DNA of 39,315 nt from a phage, in the sequence record PZ445456.1. One strand, given 5' to 3'. Within the stretch, counting starts at the first letter, position 1. Every line of letters begins with the position of its first letter. Of this stretch, positions 25,737-36,383 are shown in pieces. The position numbers were made by a program, and so were the translations under genes. The notes under the pieces were generated by a model. It did no database searches. It was not told the DNA's origin and was given only the letters and a program-made list of their open reading frames with translations.

Positions 25737-25870
25737 CTTCTCGCAAACTCGTAGGGGACACTGAGTCCCTTACTGAAGTTGAGCAAGAGCTAACGCCACA
25801 ACAGAAAGCTGCCCGTACCCGTGCGGCAAACAAGGCTCGAAAGGAAGCTGAGTTAGCTGCTACTGAATGA
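25718..25870 (+). other. Putative -1 frameshift site and 46-codon extension producing minor capsid protein 10B
   Basis: G GTT TTC AAA AAG (25718-25730) 4 nt before the 10A stop; the -1 frame from 25730 is open for 46 codons (GLTSRKLVGDTESLTEVEQELTPQQKAARTRAANKARKEAELAATE) to TGA at 25868-25870. T7 makes 10B by frameshifting at this position. Confidence 0.55.
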
Positions 25871-25880
25871 TAACTATATG

Positions 25881-25922
25881 AAACCCCTTGGGTGCCTTCG
25901 CGGGTGCTTGAGGGGTTTTTTT
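25881..25922 (+). terminator. Tphi-like late terminator
   Basis: AAACCCCTTGGGTGCCTTCGCGGGTGCTTGAGGGGTTTTTTT; G/C-rich hairpin with G-U pairs plus a T-run, closely resembling T7 Tphi as recalled (AACCCCTTGGGGCCTCTAAACGGGTCTTGAGGGGTTTTTTG). Confidence 0.75.
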
Positions 25923-25945
25923 CTTAATGACTCACTAATGGGAGG
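25923..25945 (+). promoter_or_regulatory. Variant promoter-like element downstream of Tphi (phi11-like)
   Basis: CTTAATGACTCACTAATGGGAGG; -11..+5 conserved but the upstream half looks like the consensus with one base deleted; activity uncertain. Confidence 0.3.
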
Positions 25946-25953
25946 AAACCAAT

Positions 25954-26544
25954 ATGCGTTCCTATGAGACTACCCTAGAGACTGGAGAAGAGTTGACCGC
26001 AGTCAATGACATCTTGGCCTCTATCGGTGAACCGCCTGTGTCCACTCTGGAGGGCGATGCTAATGCTGACGTTGCTAACGCTCGTCGAATCCTCAATAAG
26101 ATTAACCGTCAGATTCAGTCCAAGGGCTGGACGTTCAACATCGAGGAAGGCCAACAGTTACTGCCAGACGTATTCAACGGCCTGATTCCCTACATGTCCG
26201 ACTACCTTGCTGTGTTCTCTGAAGGAGGTACTACCGCTTACGTCAACCGTGGCGGCTATGTGTATGACCGAGAGAACCGTACTGACATCTTCAAAGACCC
26301 CATCACAGTGACCATTATCAAACTGCGAGAGTTCTACGAGATGCCTGAATGCTTCCGCTACTGGATTGTCACCAAGGCTGCTCGACAGTTTAACAACCGC
26401 TTCTTTGGTGCGCCTGAGATTGATGCTGTCTTAGCTGAAGAGGAACAGGAAGCCAAAATGCAGTGCACCGAATACGAGTTAGACTTTGGTAACTTCAACA
26501 TGCTTGATGGTGATGCCTTCACGGGTGGTCTTCTGTCTCGCTAA
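25954..26544 (+). CDS. 11: Tail tubular protein A, 196 aa
   Basis: [85 protein letters not shown] match T7 gp11. Confidence 0.95.
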   Translation: MRSYETTLETGEELTAVNDILASIGEPPVSTLEGDANADVANARRILNKINRQIQSKGWTFNIEEGQQLLPDVFNGLIPYMSDYLAVFSEGGTTAYVNRGGYVYDRENRTDIFKDPITVTIIKLREFYEMPECFRYWIVTKAARQFNNRFFGAPEIDAVLAEEEQEAKMQCTEYELDFGNFNMLDGDAFTGGLLSR

Positions 26545-26566
26545 CAACAACTTAAGGAGGTCTCTA

Positions 26567-28945
26567 ATGGCTCTTATTTCACAATCCGTCAAGAACCTAA
26601 AAGGCGGTATCAGTCAACAGCCTAACATCTTAAGGTTCCCCGAACAGGGTTCCGAACAGATTAACGGCTGGTCATCCGAGACCGAGGGCTTACAGAAGCG
26701 TCCACCTTTTGTCTTCACTAAGACCATTGGAGACCAGAATGCCCTTGGTGTAGCGCCCCTCGTTCACTTAATCAACCGAGATAGCGTAGAACAGTATTAC
26801 GTTGTGTTCACGGGACAGGCAGTCCGGGTGTTCGACCTCAACGGCAAAGAGTATACCGTGAATGGTGACTTGAGCTACGTGAAGGTAGGGAACCCACGCG
26901 ATGACCTTCGAATGGTGACGGTTGCTGACTACACGTTTATCGTTAACCGCAACATGGTGGTTCGTGCCGATAAGACACCGCTCTATACTCTGAAAGAGAA
27001 CGGAGACTGTTTGATTAACGTTCGTGGCGGACAGTATGGGAGAACGCTTGCACTCACAATAAACAACGTCCGCATTGAGTACAAGATTGCACAAGGTGAT
27101 AAGCCTGAACATGTACAAGAGACTGATGCTCAATGGCTCGTTAAGAAACTGGCTGACCTTGCCCGTGCCCATGGTTCCTTCAAGGATTGGCAGTTCAACG
27201 AAGGGTCTGGCTTCATCCACGTAATCGCTCCGGGCAACAGTCAGATTGACCAGTTGTCCACTGAGGATGGCTATGCTAACCAGTTGATGAATGCTGTTAT
27301 GCATACAAGCCAGTCATTCAGTAAGTTGCCAATCGAGGCTCCTAATGGATACACTGTGAAGATTGTTGGTGACACCTCTAAGACTTCCGATATGTTCTAT
27401 GTCCAATATGACAACGTTAAGAAAGTCTGGAAGGAGGTTGCAGGTTGGGGCGTTGAGAAGGGACTTGATGGCAGCACTATGCCACACGCTTTGGTTCGCC
27501 AGTCAGACGGCTCATTCGTTATGCAGGTTCTACCGTGGGCGCAACGCGCTTGTGGTGACATGGACACTAACCCCACTCCCTCCATTGTGGACCAGAAGAT
27601 TAACGATGTGTTCTTCTTCCGTAACCGCTTAGGGTTCCTCGCTGGTGAGAACATTGTGATGTCCCGTACCTCCAAATATTTCTCACTGTTCCCTGCGTCA
27701 GTGGCTAACCTGTCAGATGATGACCCGATTGATGTGGCTGTATCCCACAACCGTATCTCAATCCTGAAGTATGCCGTACCGTTCTCCGAAGAGTTGCTGC
27801 TATGGTCTGACCAAGCACAGTTCGTTCTATCTGCCTCTGGTGTCCTCTCACCGAAGTCTGTAGAGTTGAACCTTACGACTGAGTTCGATGTATCAGACCG
27901 AGCGCGTCCTTTCGGTGTTGGGCGTGGTGTCTACTTTGCGTCACCTCGTGCTTCCTATACGTCACTCAACCGTTACTATGCGGTACAGGACGTTAGCTCT
28001 GTGAAGTCCGCTGAGGATATGAGTGCTCACGTTCCTAGCTACATCCCGAACGGTGTGTTCTCCATTCGTGGCTCCGGTACTGAGAACTTTATCTCCGTGC
28101 TGTCTGCTAACGCTCCTAGTAAAATCTTCCTCTACAAATTCCTGTACCTAAACGATGAGATTGCTCAACAGTCATGGTCCCATTGGGAACTTGGGAGTAA
28201 CGTAACAGTTCTGGCATGTGACTCCATCGGGTCCACTATGTACCTTGTGTTGCGCAACCAGACACACACTTGGATGTGCCGTGCTCACTTCACGAAGAAC
28301 AGTATTGACTTCCCTGATGAACCTTACCGTCTGTACATTGACAACAAAGTGAAGTACGTGATTCCTAAAGGTGCCTACAATGACGATACTTACACGACCA
28401 CTGTTAAGCCTGTGGACATCTACGGGATGAAATACTGGAAAGGTAAGATCTACATTGTGGCCTCTGATGGTTTAGTCTCGTGGTTCGAACCACCCCGTGG
28501 TGGCTGGCCTAACGGTACTCCTGTGTTGTCAATGAGTGGGAACCGAGAGGGTGAGACTATTTACGTTGGGTTGGCTATAGACTTCCGTTATGTGTTCTCT
28601 AAGTTCCTCATCAAGAAGACCGCCGATGATGGCTCAACAGCTACCGAGGACATTGGTCGCTTGCAGCTTCGCCGTGCGTGGGTGAACTATGAGGACTCTG
28701 GTGCATTCGTTGTCGAGGTAGAGAACACCTCTCGCCTATTCAGTTATGACATGGCGGGTGCCCGTTTGGGTTCCAATGCGTTACGTGCTGGTGGGCTTAA
28801 CGTTGGTACAGGTCAGTTCCGATTCCCGGTTGCTGGCAACGCACAGTTGAATGAGGTCCGTATTATCTCCGACCACACTACTCCGTTGAACGTTATCGGC
28901 TGTGGGTGGGAAGGTAACTACCTGCGTCGTTCTTCTGGTATCTAA
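26567..28945 (+). CDS. 12: Tail tubular protein B, 792 aa
   Basis: MALISQS.KNLKGGISQQP.ILR.P.QGS.Q.NGWSSETEGLQKRPP ... RLQLRRAWVNYE.SG...GNYLRRSSGI match T7 gp12; internal ATG 26567 with RBS AAGGAGG chosen over the longer upstream ORF. Confidence 0.95.
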   Translation: MALISQSVKNLKGGISQQPNILRFPEQGSEQINGWSSETEGLQKRPPFVFTKTIGDQNALGVAPLVHLINRDSVEQYYVVFTGQAVRVFDLNGKEYTVNGDLSYVKVGNPRDDLRMVTVADYTFIVNRNMVVRADKTPLYTLKENGDCLINVRGGQYGRTLALTINNVRIEYKIAQGDKPEHVQETDAQWLVKKLADLARAHGSFKDWQFNEGSGFIHVIAPGNSQIDQLSTEDGYANQLMNAVMHTSQSFSKLPIEAPNGYTVKIVGDTSKTSDMFYVQYDNVKKVWKEVAGWGVEKGLDGSTMPHALVRQSDGSFVMQVLPWAQRACGDMDTNPTPSIVDQKINDVFFFRNRLGFLAGENIVMSRTSKYFSLFPASVANLSDDDPIDVAVSHNRISILKYAVPFSEELLLWSDQAQFVLSASGVLSPKSVELNLTTEFDVSDRARPFGVGRGVYFASPRASYTSLNRYYAVQDVSSVKSAEDMSAHVPSYIPNGVFSIRGSGTENFISVLSANAPSKIFLYKFLYLNDEIAQQSWSHWELGSNVTVLACDSIGSTMYLVLRNQTHTWMCRAHFTKNSIDFPDEPYRLYIDNKVKYVIPKGAYNDDTYTTTVKPVDIYGMKYWKGKIYIVASDGLVSWFEPPRGGWPNGTPVLSMSGNREGETIYVGLAIDFRYVFSKFLIKKTADDGSTATEDIGRLQLRRAWVNYEDSGAFVVEVENTSRLFSYDMAGARLGSNALRAGGLNVGTGQFRFPVAGNAQLNEVRIISDHTTPLNVIGCGWEGNYLRRSSGI

Positions 28946-28973
28946 ATGAAAACACCCCGACTCAATAAGTGAA

Positions 28974-28996
28974 CAATACGACTCACTATTGGGAAG
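28974..28996 (+). promoter_or_regulatory. Phage RNAP promoter (phi13-equivalent)
   Basis: CAATACGACTCACTATTGGGAAG. Confidence 0.7.
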
Positions 28997-29023
28997 GGGT
29001 TTATACTTTAAAGGAGAAACTCT

Positions 29024-29437
29024 ATGTTAATAATCAGACCTACTAAAGAATCAGACTTCGATAGATTCACTCCGTCACCTGAAGACATCGCTGAGGCACA
29101 TGCCTACGGTATTGAACCATCATTTCCACCAGCCAATGAGTGCGTCACTATGTCACTTCATGGTATGCCAGTGGCTATCGGTGGCAACTGTGGGGACCAA
29201 GTGTGGTTCGTAACGTCCGCTCGTGTGTGGAAACTAAGTATGAAGACCCGAAGAGAGTTCCGAAAGCTCATTCTGGAATATCGTGATACCATGCTCAAAC
29301 AGTATCCGATTATCTGGAACTACGTTTGGGTCGGCAACAAGTCCCACATTAGGTTCTTGAAGTCTATCGGTGCGGTGTTCCATAATGAGTTTACTGGTGA
29401 CAGTAATCAATTCCAACTATTCACTATAGGAGGTTAA
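29024..29437 (+). CDS. 13: Internal virion protein A (gene 13-position), 137 aa
   Basis: Size and position match T7 gp13 (138 aa); RBS AAGGAGAAACTCT-ATG; sequence homology not verified from memory. Confidence 0.8.
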   Translation: MLIIRPTKESDFDRFTPSPEDIAEAHAYGIEPSFPPANECVTMSLHGMPVAIGGNCGDQVWFVTSARVWKLSMKTRREFRKLILEYRDTMLKQYPIIWNYVWVGNKSHIRFLKSIGAVFHNEFTGDSNQFQLFTIGG

Positions 29438-29439
29438 CT

Positions 29440-30045
29440 ATGTGCTGGATGGCTGCAATCCCAATCGCCATGCAAGGTGCGTCTATGGTAATGGGCGGTA
29501 TGCAGGGTGAACAGGCAAAGGCCGCACAGATTGACCAAGGTCGTCGTCAAAGCTGGCAGATGATTAAGGAGATGAACTACAATGATGCTAACCTTAAGTT
29601 AGAATCTCGTGACCTCATCGACTCTACTGTCCAAGAGATGACCCAAGCGAATATGAACCGTGTGAGAAACATGGGGACTATCCGTGCGGCAATCGGTGAA
29701 GGGATGCTTGAAGGTAACTCAATGGAACGTGTAGCTCGCGTTACTGAGGGTGACTTCCTTCGAGAGTCTCAAGGTCTCACCGAGAACTACCAACGTGACT
29801 ACAGTGTCATCTTAGGGAAGCGTTTAGCTAACCGCGAGAACACCGTAAGTCAAATCAATGAAATCAACAAGTCCGAACCGCGTCTGAAAGGCAAGCTGGA
29901 ACAAATCATTGACCCATTAGGCTTAGGCTTAACGAAGCTGGTCGATGTGGCAACTGCTGGTAGCCCTCTGACTAACAAGCTGGGTAAGAAGGCAGCTTCC
30001 AAGGTTAAGGCTTCAGATGCTAAGTCTACCGGACAAGGTAGGTAA
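29440..30045 (+). CDS. 14: Internal virion protein B, 201 aa
   Basis: MCWMAAIPIAM.GA, IRAAIGE.MLEG.SM.R..RVTEG.F.RE....TENY.RDY match T7 gp14. Confidence 0.9.
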   Translation: MCWMAAIPIAMQGASMVMGGMQGEQAKAAQIDQGRRQSWQMIKEMNYNDANLKLESRDLIDSTVQEMTQANMNRVRNMGTIRAAIGEGMLEGNSMERVARVTEGDFLRESQGLTENYQRDYSVILGKRLANRENTVSQINEINKSEPRLKGKLEQIIDPLGLGLTKLVDVATAGSPLTNKLGKKAASKVKASDAKSTGQGR

Positions 30046-30062
30046 ACACAGGAGGAAACTGT

Positions 30063-32342
30063 ATGAGTAAGTTAGCACAAGCATTAGGTAACATGGGTGC
30101 TCCTGCTGCAAGCCGACTCCGTGGCACTGGTCGTATGGATGTTAAGGCCGCGACTGTCTATGAAGACCCTAGCTATGCCAATAAGTCCGCACTGATTGGG
30201 ACTGTAGGTAAACTTGCTGAGATGGGCGCTGATGCGTACATGAAGTATGACCAGAAGCAGAAGGACAAGGCCGATGAGCGCTCCAACGAGATTATCCGCA
30301 AGTTGACTCCTGAGCAACGCCGTGAGGCCATTAAGAATGGAACACTTCTGTATCAGGATGACCCTTACGCGATGGAGGCCTTGAAGATTAAGACTGGTCG
30401 TAATGCGGCCTACTTGGTTGACGATGAGGTTGCACAGAAGGTTAAGAACGGTGAGTTCCGTACTCGTCAAGAGTTGGAAGAGTTCCGTCACAGCCGACTA
30501 CAAGAAGCCGCTAAGAACTATGCGGAACAGTTCGGTATCAATGAGTCCGATGAGTTTTATCAGAAGGGTTTCAACTCCGACATCACTGAACGTAACATCG
30601 CCCTCTATGGTGCTCATGATAACTTCCTGAGCGACCAAGCTAAGAAAGGTGCTGTCATCAACAGTCGTGTAGAACTGAACTCTGTACTCAACGACCCTGA
30701 GACCCTGCGTTCCCCTTATGCTGGTGAGTTCTTTGAGAACTACTTCACGGCTGGCTTGACCACTGGAAGTATCCCTAGTGATGACCAAGCGTTCACGATG
30801 ATTAGCCAAGGTCTATCTGACGTGGTTAACCGTGAGGGTGGCGGCCAGTTCCTGCAACAGATTGAGAACCGTAAGGTAACTCTTCATGGTAAGGAAACTA
30901 CCTTCAAGGAACTGATGGGTGCCGAACAGTGGAATAACCTGATGGTCAAGGCTCAACATAATGAGTTCCAGTTGAATGCTAAGAAGACCGAGGCGTTCCA
31001 GCTTAATGTGAACTCCGCGTTGAACCAAGAGAACGTCAACACTGGTTGGGAACAACTTCAATCCATCAAGGCAGAACTCGATACACTGCAACCGGGCGAA
31101 GAGATGACACCTGAACGTCAGGCTCTAATCAATGCACAGGCACAGATGCAGGACCGCATGAAGCGAGAGACAGCCGAGTTAGCCAAGCAGATGGACAAGC
31201 AACAGAAGTCTATGAACAAGATGAACGTCATTGACGCACAGTTCCAGAAGAGACTGAATGGCGAGTACGTGTCTACTGCTTATGGGGACATGCCAACCAA
31301 TGAGAACACTGGTGAGTTCACCCATAGTGATATGGTCAACTATGCTAACAAGAAGTTGGCTGACATCGACGCTATGGATATTCCTGATGCACAGAAGGAC
31401 CGCATGAAGCTCGACTACCTCAAGGCTGACTCCGAGAAGGGTGCTTTCCGTACTGCGGTAGGTGAACTGATTGGTGACGCTGAGAAGGAATGGACGTCCG
31501 CTGTGATTAACGGGAAGATGCCTGAAGATGGCGGTGTGGCTCTCAATGCTCTTCGTCGTGTTCGTAATGCTGACCCTGAGTTATTTGCTGCTCTGTATCC
31601 TGATAAAGCCGAGATGTTCCTCACTATGGACATGATGGACAACCAAGGGATTGACCCGCAGATTCTCTTAGATGCGGATAAGGCCCGACAGTCTCTGACC
31701 AAGGATATGCAGTATGAGGATGACAAGGCATGGGCTGCTCTCAAGAACAACTCACAGTCTCCTGAACTGTCCCGTATGCCAGCCACACTAGATGCAGGTG
31801 CCCGTAAGATTTACGACTCCGTTAAGTACCGCACAGGTAACGCTGATATGGCAATGCAACAGGTCGATAAGTATCTCAAAGAGAACACAACGACTCTCAC
31901 TGGTGATGATGTTGATGGTGATACCATTGGTGTCTTGACGAGAAACTCTCTGCGTGTGACCGATGACCCGGACTCTTGGAAACAAGGTAAGGACATCATC
32001 GACCAAGCCGCTAAGAAACTCGCTGAGACGAACCCTTGGGTGACTAACAAGCAACTCACTGTGTTCGAGCGTGGTGACTCTATCTACCTGATGGACACTA
32101 CCGGACAGGTTAACGTAAGGTATGACAAGCAGTTGCTCTCGAAGATGTACCAAGAGAATCAGGCCAAGTTGGATGCGGAAGCACGAGACAAGGCACTCAA
32201 AGATGCCAACAAGCGAACCCTGCATACACGAGCTATGAACCGTAAGCGTGAACGTGAAGCCAAGAAACCTAAGCGTTCTGGTAGCATGTACGATTCGGTG
32301 AGTGGTAAAGGTATTCTGGACACGCTGACTGGTAAAGACTAA
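30063..32342 (+). CDS. 15: Internal virion protein C (ejected core protein), 759 aa
   Basis: Size and position match T7 gp15 (747 aa); RBS CAGGAGGAAACTGT-ATG. Confidence 0.9.
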   Translation: MSKLAQALGNMGAPAASRLRGTGRMDVKAATVYEDPSYANKSALIGTVGKLAEMGADAYMKYDQKQKDKADERSNEIIRKLTPEQRREAIKNGTLLYQDDPYAMEALKIKTGRNAAYLVDDEVAQKVKNGEFRTRQELEEFRHSRLQEAAKNYAEQFGINESDEFYQKGFNSDITERNIALYGAHDNFLSDQAKKGAVINSRVELNSVLNDPETLRSPYAGEFFENYFTAGLTTGSIPSDDQAFTMISQGLSDVVNREGGGQFLQQIENRKVTLHGKETTFKELMGAEQWNNLMVKAQHNEFQLNAKKTEAFQLNVNSALNQENVNTGWEQLQSIKAELDTLQPGEEMTPERQALINAQAQMQDRMKRETAELAKQMDKQQKSMNKMNVIDAQFQKRLNGEYVSTAYGDMPTNENTGEFTHSDMVNYANKKLADIDAMDIPDAQKDRMKLDYLKADSEKGAFRTAVGELIGDAEKEWTSAVINGKMPEDGGVALNALRRVRNADPELFAALYPDKAEMFLTMDMMDNQGIDPQILLDADKARQSLTKDMQYEDDKAWAALKNNSQSPELSRMPATLDAGARKIYDSVKYRTGNADMAMQQVDKYLKENTTTLTGDDVDGDTIGVLTRNSLRVTDDPDSWKQGKDIIDQAAKKLAETNPWVTNKQLTVFERGDSIYLMDTTGQVNVRYDKQLLSKMYQENQAKLDAEARDKALKDANKRTLHTRAMNRKREREAKKPKRSGSMYDSVSGKGILDTLTGKD

Positions 32343-32365
32343 CAGACCACGATAGGAGGTTCCAA

Positions 32366-35300
32366 GTGGATAAGTATAACCCGAACGAACCGCATGAATA
32401 TGATGCGTTATTTCAACAAGCTGCTGACACACATGGAGTCTCCTATGGCCTTCTTCGGAAGGTCGGTTGGGTAGAGTCCCGATTCAAACCTACGGCCCAA
32501 TCTCCAACAGGGCCACGAGGTGTCATGCAGTTCACTAAGGCAACTGGTCAGGCTTATGGCCTACAGTCTGATGAGGACTTCAACGACCCGGCTAAGTCTA
32601 TTGATGCTGGCGCTCGTTACCTTGCAGACCTCGTTAAGAAATACAATGGGGATGAACTCAAAGCTGCCCTAGCGTACAACCAAGGCGAGGGGCGTAATGG
32701 TAAACCTCAATTGGAAGCCTACGACTCCGGTAACTTCGCTGGCATCGGTGATGAGGGGCGCAACTATCTCCGCTCACTTCTGGATGTCGCTAAGTCTCCT
32801 AAGAGTGGTGACATTGAGTCCTTCGGTGGTATCACCCCAAAGGGTAAAGGGATTCCGTTCGATGCTGCTATGAGTGGTATCGGGAAGAAAGGAAAGGTAA
32901 CTACAGAACTCCCTGAGTCTCACTCAATGTCCTTTCAAGGTAAAGAACAGGCCGCTCCCAATCAGCCGTTCGGAAAAGACTATTGGGAAGCAAAAGGAAC
33001 TACACTCGACGAAGCCAATGAGCGTTCAACCTTCTTCGGATTCGGTAACGCTGCTGAAGCAGAACTCTCCAACTCAACCTTGGGTGTGGCCTTCCGTGCT
33101 GGTAAGCGTGATAATGGTTTCGATGTTGTTACTGATGTACTTCAACCGACACGGTTTAACAGCCACATTTGGTCGCCTGAAGAACTCGAAAGGATTCGCA
33201 ACGAAGTGAAGAACCCGGCGTACATGAACGTAGTGCTTGGAGGTTCCTCTGAGAATCTGGATGAACTCATCAAGTTAGCCAACGAGAACTATGAGTTGGA
33301 CGCTAAGGCCGCTGATGCTGGACTTGGTGCGAAACTATCTGCTGGGATTATCGGTGCTGGTGTGGACCCTCTGACCTACGTTCCAATCGCTGGGACTGCG
33401 GCTAATGGATTCAAACTGGTGAACAAGGCGCTGATTGTTGGCGCACAGGCAGGTGCTCTTAACGTTGCCTCTGAAGGTCTGCGTACATCGGTGGCTGGTG
33501 GTGATGCTCACTACGCAGAAGCTGCCCTTGCTGGTATGCTGTTCGCTGGTGGACTGACAGCCATCGCTGACGGTGTTGCCGCAGGTCTCCGTAAGTCTGG
33601 CGCTGAACAGATTGAGAACCCGTTTGCTGCTGCACAGATGCGCTTTGAGGCTCGTGAGACTGCCCGTAACACTGGTGGACATGACGCAAGTCGAATGCCT
33701 CCTAGTGAAGACCGAGTGTTCTCACAGCACAACGGCGTTGAGTATTCACCTCTTGAGACCGAACCGGGTGCCGTAGTGTTGCGTGATGGTTCCATTATCA
33801 GTGACACCAACTTAGCTAACCCGATGACAGCCAAAGAGTTCGCCGAGGTGGACCCTGAACGTGCTGCGTGGGGATTGCCTATGCGTGGACTGAGTGAAAT
33901 CGGCTTGAGGACTTTACGTTCTGAACATGCTGAAATCCGTGGTCTCGCTAAGGACTTAGTGCGTTCACCTACAGGGATGGAGTCTGGCTCACATGGTAAG
34001 TTCGGTGCTACCGCATCTGACATCAAAGAGCGACTGCACAGTACCAACCAGCGAACCTACAATGACCTCTATGATGCAATGAAGGAAGCAATGGCTGACC
34101 CTGAGTGGTCCGTGGGTATGTTCAAGCGTGGTGCTCAAGGTGCCCGTCAGGAAATCTATCGTCGTGCTGCTATCGCTATTGAGCGTCCAGAACTTCAAGC
34201 CAACTTAACGAAGGCTGAACGTAAGGTGATGGACATCATGAAGGAACACTTCGACCTCAAGCGTGAGATGATGGAGAACCCGGCTATGTTCGGTAACAAG
34301 GCAACTTCCATCTTCCCTAACAGTCGTCACAAAGGGACTTACGTTCCTCATGTGTACTCACGGGAAGCCAAGCAGTTGTACTCACAGGCTCTTGGTGGCT
34401 CTGATGGTTTACAGGAAGCTATCGCTGCAAGCTGGATGACATCTTATCGTGCACGTCCAGAAGTTAAGGCTCGTGTTGATGAGCACTTAGCGGAGACTTT
34501 GGGTATCGACCCTAAATCTGTGACTGAAGAGATGGTGATGAAACATGCTAGAGACAAGGCTTATGGTATTGCGAAGACCGATGAGTTCAACTCTTCAAGT
34601 GTCATCGACGATAACATTGAGGGTCTCGTAGGGATTGAGAACAACTCGTTCCTTGAAGCCCGTAACCTGTTCGACTCTGACATGCCAGTCACCTTACCGA
34701 ATGGACAACAGTTCTCTGTGAATGACCTCCGTGACTTCGATATGAAGCATGTGATGCCAGCCTATGACCGCCGTGTTGATGGTGACATCGCTATCATGGG
34801 TGGTACAGGAAAGACTACTGCTGAACTCAAGGATTCCATTATGGCTCTCGATAAGAAGTCTGAAGGTAAAGGCACAATGAAAGGTGAAGTGGAGGCGCTC
34901 AAGGATACCGTTAAGATTCTCACAGGCCGTGCTCGACGCAATCAGGATACTATGGGTGACACTATGGTTCGCGCTCTGTCCGATATGTCCTTCTTCACGA
35001 AGAACGCATACATGGGCTTGCAGAACCTAACTGAAATCTCTGGTCTCTTGGCGAAGGGTAACACCCGTGCGATGCTTCATGGCATTCCTGCTCTGCGTGA
35101 CCTAGCGTTCCGTAACAAGCCAGTGTCCGGTAAGGAACTTAAGGAACTACACTCTATGGTGTTCGGTAAAGAGTTCGATGACTTAATCAGACCGACACGT
35201 CAGGACATCATTCAGCGACTCCGTGAATCTACGGATACACCTGATGTTGCCGCTAAGGTTGTTGGTACGGTTAAACACACCACTCAAGAGTTGGCTGCTC

Positions 35301-36313
35301 GCTCTCCGTTCACTAAGTTCCTAAATGGTACTTCCAACTACATTCTGGACATGGCCCGTCAAGGTGTCATGGGAGATGTGGTAACTCATGCCATTACAGG
35401 TAAGGGTGCCAACAAGTGGATTAAAGGAGACATGCTGAAATCTGCGAGTATCTCTAAGGAACAGTGGGAAGGCATTCAGAACCTCATCCGTGAGAACGTC
35501 ACTCAAGGTGCTGACGGCAAGTACACCTTCAAGGACAAGCGTAAGCTGGCTAATGACCCGCGAGCTATGGACCTGTGGCGACTGGCTGATAAGGTAGCTG
35601 ATGAAACAATGCTGAGACCACACAAGGTGTCCTTACAGGATTCCCATGCGTTTGGTGCTCCTGCTAAGTTGGTCCTTCAGTTCAAGTCTTTCGTAATCAA
35701 GTCGATGAACTCTAAGTTTATCCGCTCCGGTAACGAAGCCTTTAAGAACCATCGTGCTATGGACATGGCGCTGACCTATGCTATCTCTGGTGGCATTGCT
35801 GGCTCCTACTATGTTGCACAGGCTCACTTGAAAGCTGCTGGTCTTCCTAAAGAGCAACAGAAGGACTACTTGAAGAAAGCCCTTGACCCTAAGATGATTG
35901 CCTATGCTGCTGCGTCCCGAAGTTCACACCTTGGGTCGCCTCTGAGTATCGCAAACTTCGCTATGGGCGCTGCTGGTTATGACCAAGGTCTCATGGTCCG
36001 CTCTACGATTCTCCCGAAAGGTGAGGACAAGCGGGAACGGAACAAGGCGGTAACTTCTCGTGACATGAGTGACTCCATTATGGGTGCATTAGGTGAACAG
36101 ATTCCTGCTCTTGGATTCGCCGGGGCAACCTTTGCTGCTGGTCGAAATGCTTATGGTGTCCTTACGGCTCCTAACAAAGTGACCGAGCGTGAGATGATGA
36201 CTGGTCTGATGAACGCTCATCGTGAGATGGTTCCGAACGACCCAATCACTCAACAGATGCTCATTAAGTTCTATGAGGCTAACGGTGTTCACCTTAAGTC
36301 TGACAAGAAGTAA
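32366..36313 (+). CDS. 16: Internal virion protein D with N-terminal lytic transglycosylase domain, 1315 aa; GTG start
   Basis: N-terminus MDKYNPNEPHEYDALFQQAAD.HGVSYGLLRKVGWVESRF.PTA.S.TGP.GVMQFTKAT...ALAYNQGEG matches T7 gp16; GTG at 32366 preceded by RBS GGAGG. Confidence 0.93.
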   Translation: MDKYNPNEPHEYDALFQQAADTHGVSYGLLRKVGWVESRFKPTAQSPTGPRGVMQFTKATGQAYGLQSDEDFNDPAKSIDAGARYLADLVKKYNGDELKAALAYNQGEGRNGKPQLEAYDSGNFAGIGDEGRNYLRSLLDVAKSPKSGDIESFGGITPKGKGIPFDAAMSGIGKKGKVTTELPESHSMSFQGKEQAAPNQPFGKDYWEAKGTTLDEANERSTFFGFGNAAEAELSNSTLGVAFRAGKRDNGFDVVTDVLQPTRFNSHIWSPEELERIRNEVKNPAYMNVVLGGSSENLDELIKLANENYELDAKAADAGLGAKLSAGIIGAGVDPLTYVPIAGTAANGFKLVNKALIVGAQAGALNVASEGLRTSVAGGDAHYAEAALAGMLFAGGLTAIADGVAAGLRKSGAEQIENPFAAAQMRFEARETARNTGGHDASRMPPSEDRVFSQHNGVEYSPLETEPGAVVLRDGSIISDTNLANPMTAKEFAEVDPERAAWGLPMRGLSEIGLRTLRSEHAEIRGLAKDLVRSPTGMESGSHGKFGATASDIKERLHSTNQRTYNDLYDAMKEAMADPEWSVGMFKRGAQGARQEIYRRAAIAIERPELQANLTKAERKVMDIMKEHFDLKREMMENPAMFGNKATSIFPNSRHKGTYVPHVYSREAKQLYSQALGGSDGLQEAIAASWMTSYRARPEVKARVDEHLAETLGIDPKSVTEEMVMKHARDKAYGIAKTDEFNSSSVIDDNIEGLVGIENNSFLEARNLFDSDMPVTLPNGQQFSVNDLRDFDMKHVMPAYDRRVDGDIAIMGGTGKTTAELKDSIMALDKKSEGKGTMKGEVEALKDTVKILTGRARRNQDTMGDTMVRALSDMSFFTKNAYMGLQNLTEISGLLAKGNTRAMLHGIPALRDLAFRNKPVSGKELKELHSMVFGKEFDDLIRPTRQDIIQRLRESTDTPDVAAKVVGTVKHTTQELAARSPFTKFLNGTSNYILDMARQGVMGDVVTHAITGKGANKWIKGDMLKSASISKEQWEGIQNLIRENVTQGADGKYTFKDKRKLANDPRAMDLWRLADKVADETMLRPHKVSLQDSHAFGAPAKLVLQFKSFVIKSMNSKFIRSGNEAFKNHRAMDMALTYAISGGIAGSYYVAQAHLKAAGLPKEQQKDYLKKALDPKMIAYAAASRSSHLGSPLSIANFAMGAAGYDQGLMVRSTILPKGEDKRERNKAVTSRDMSDSIMGALGEQIPALGFAGATFAAGRNAYGVLTAPNKVTEREMMTGLMNAHREMVPNDPITQQMLIKFYEANGVHLKSDKK

Positions 36314-36314
36314 T

Positions 36315-36337
36315 CAATACGACTCACTATTGGGAAG
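36315..36337 (+). promoter_or_regulatory. Phage RNAP promoter (phi17-equivalent)
   Basis: CAATACGACTCACTATTGGGAAG followed by leader hairpin GGGAAGG..CTTCCC. Confidence 0.7.
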
Positions 36338-36383
36338 GCTCACACAGCTTCCCTTCTATTATACCCAACTAAGGAGGTACATT

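Noticed and set aside
36222-36383. Upstream in-frame extensions of ORFs (tail fiber from 36222, gp12 from 26486, gp2.5 from 11908, gp4 from 13804, HNH from GTG 1755)
   Set aside because: The extensions run through promoters or leader hairpins and lack RBSs; internal ATGs with canonical Shine-Dalgarno spacing coincide with the conserved N-termini of the T7 homologues.
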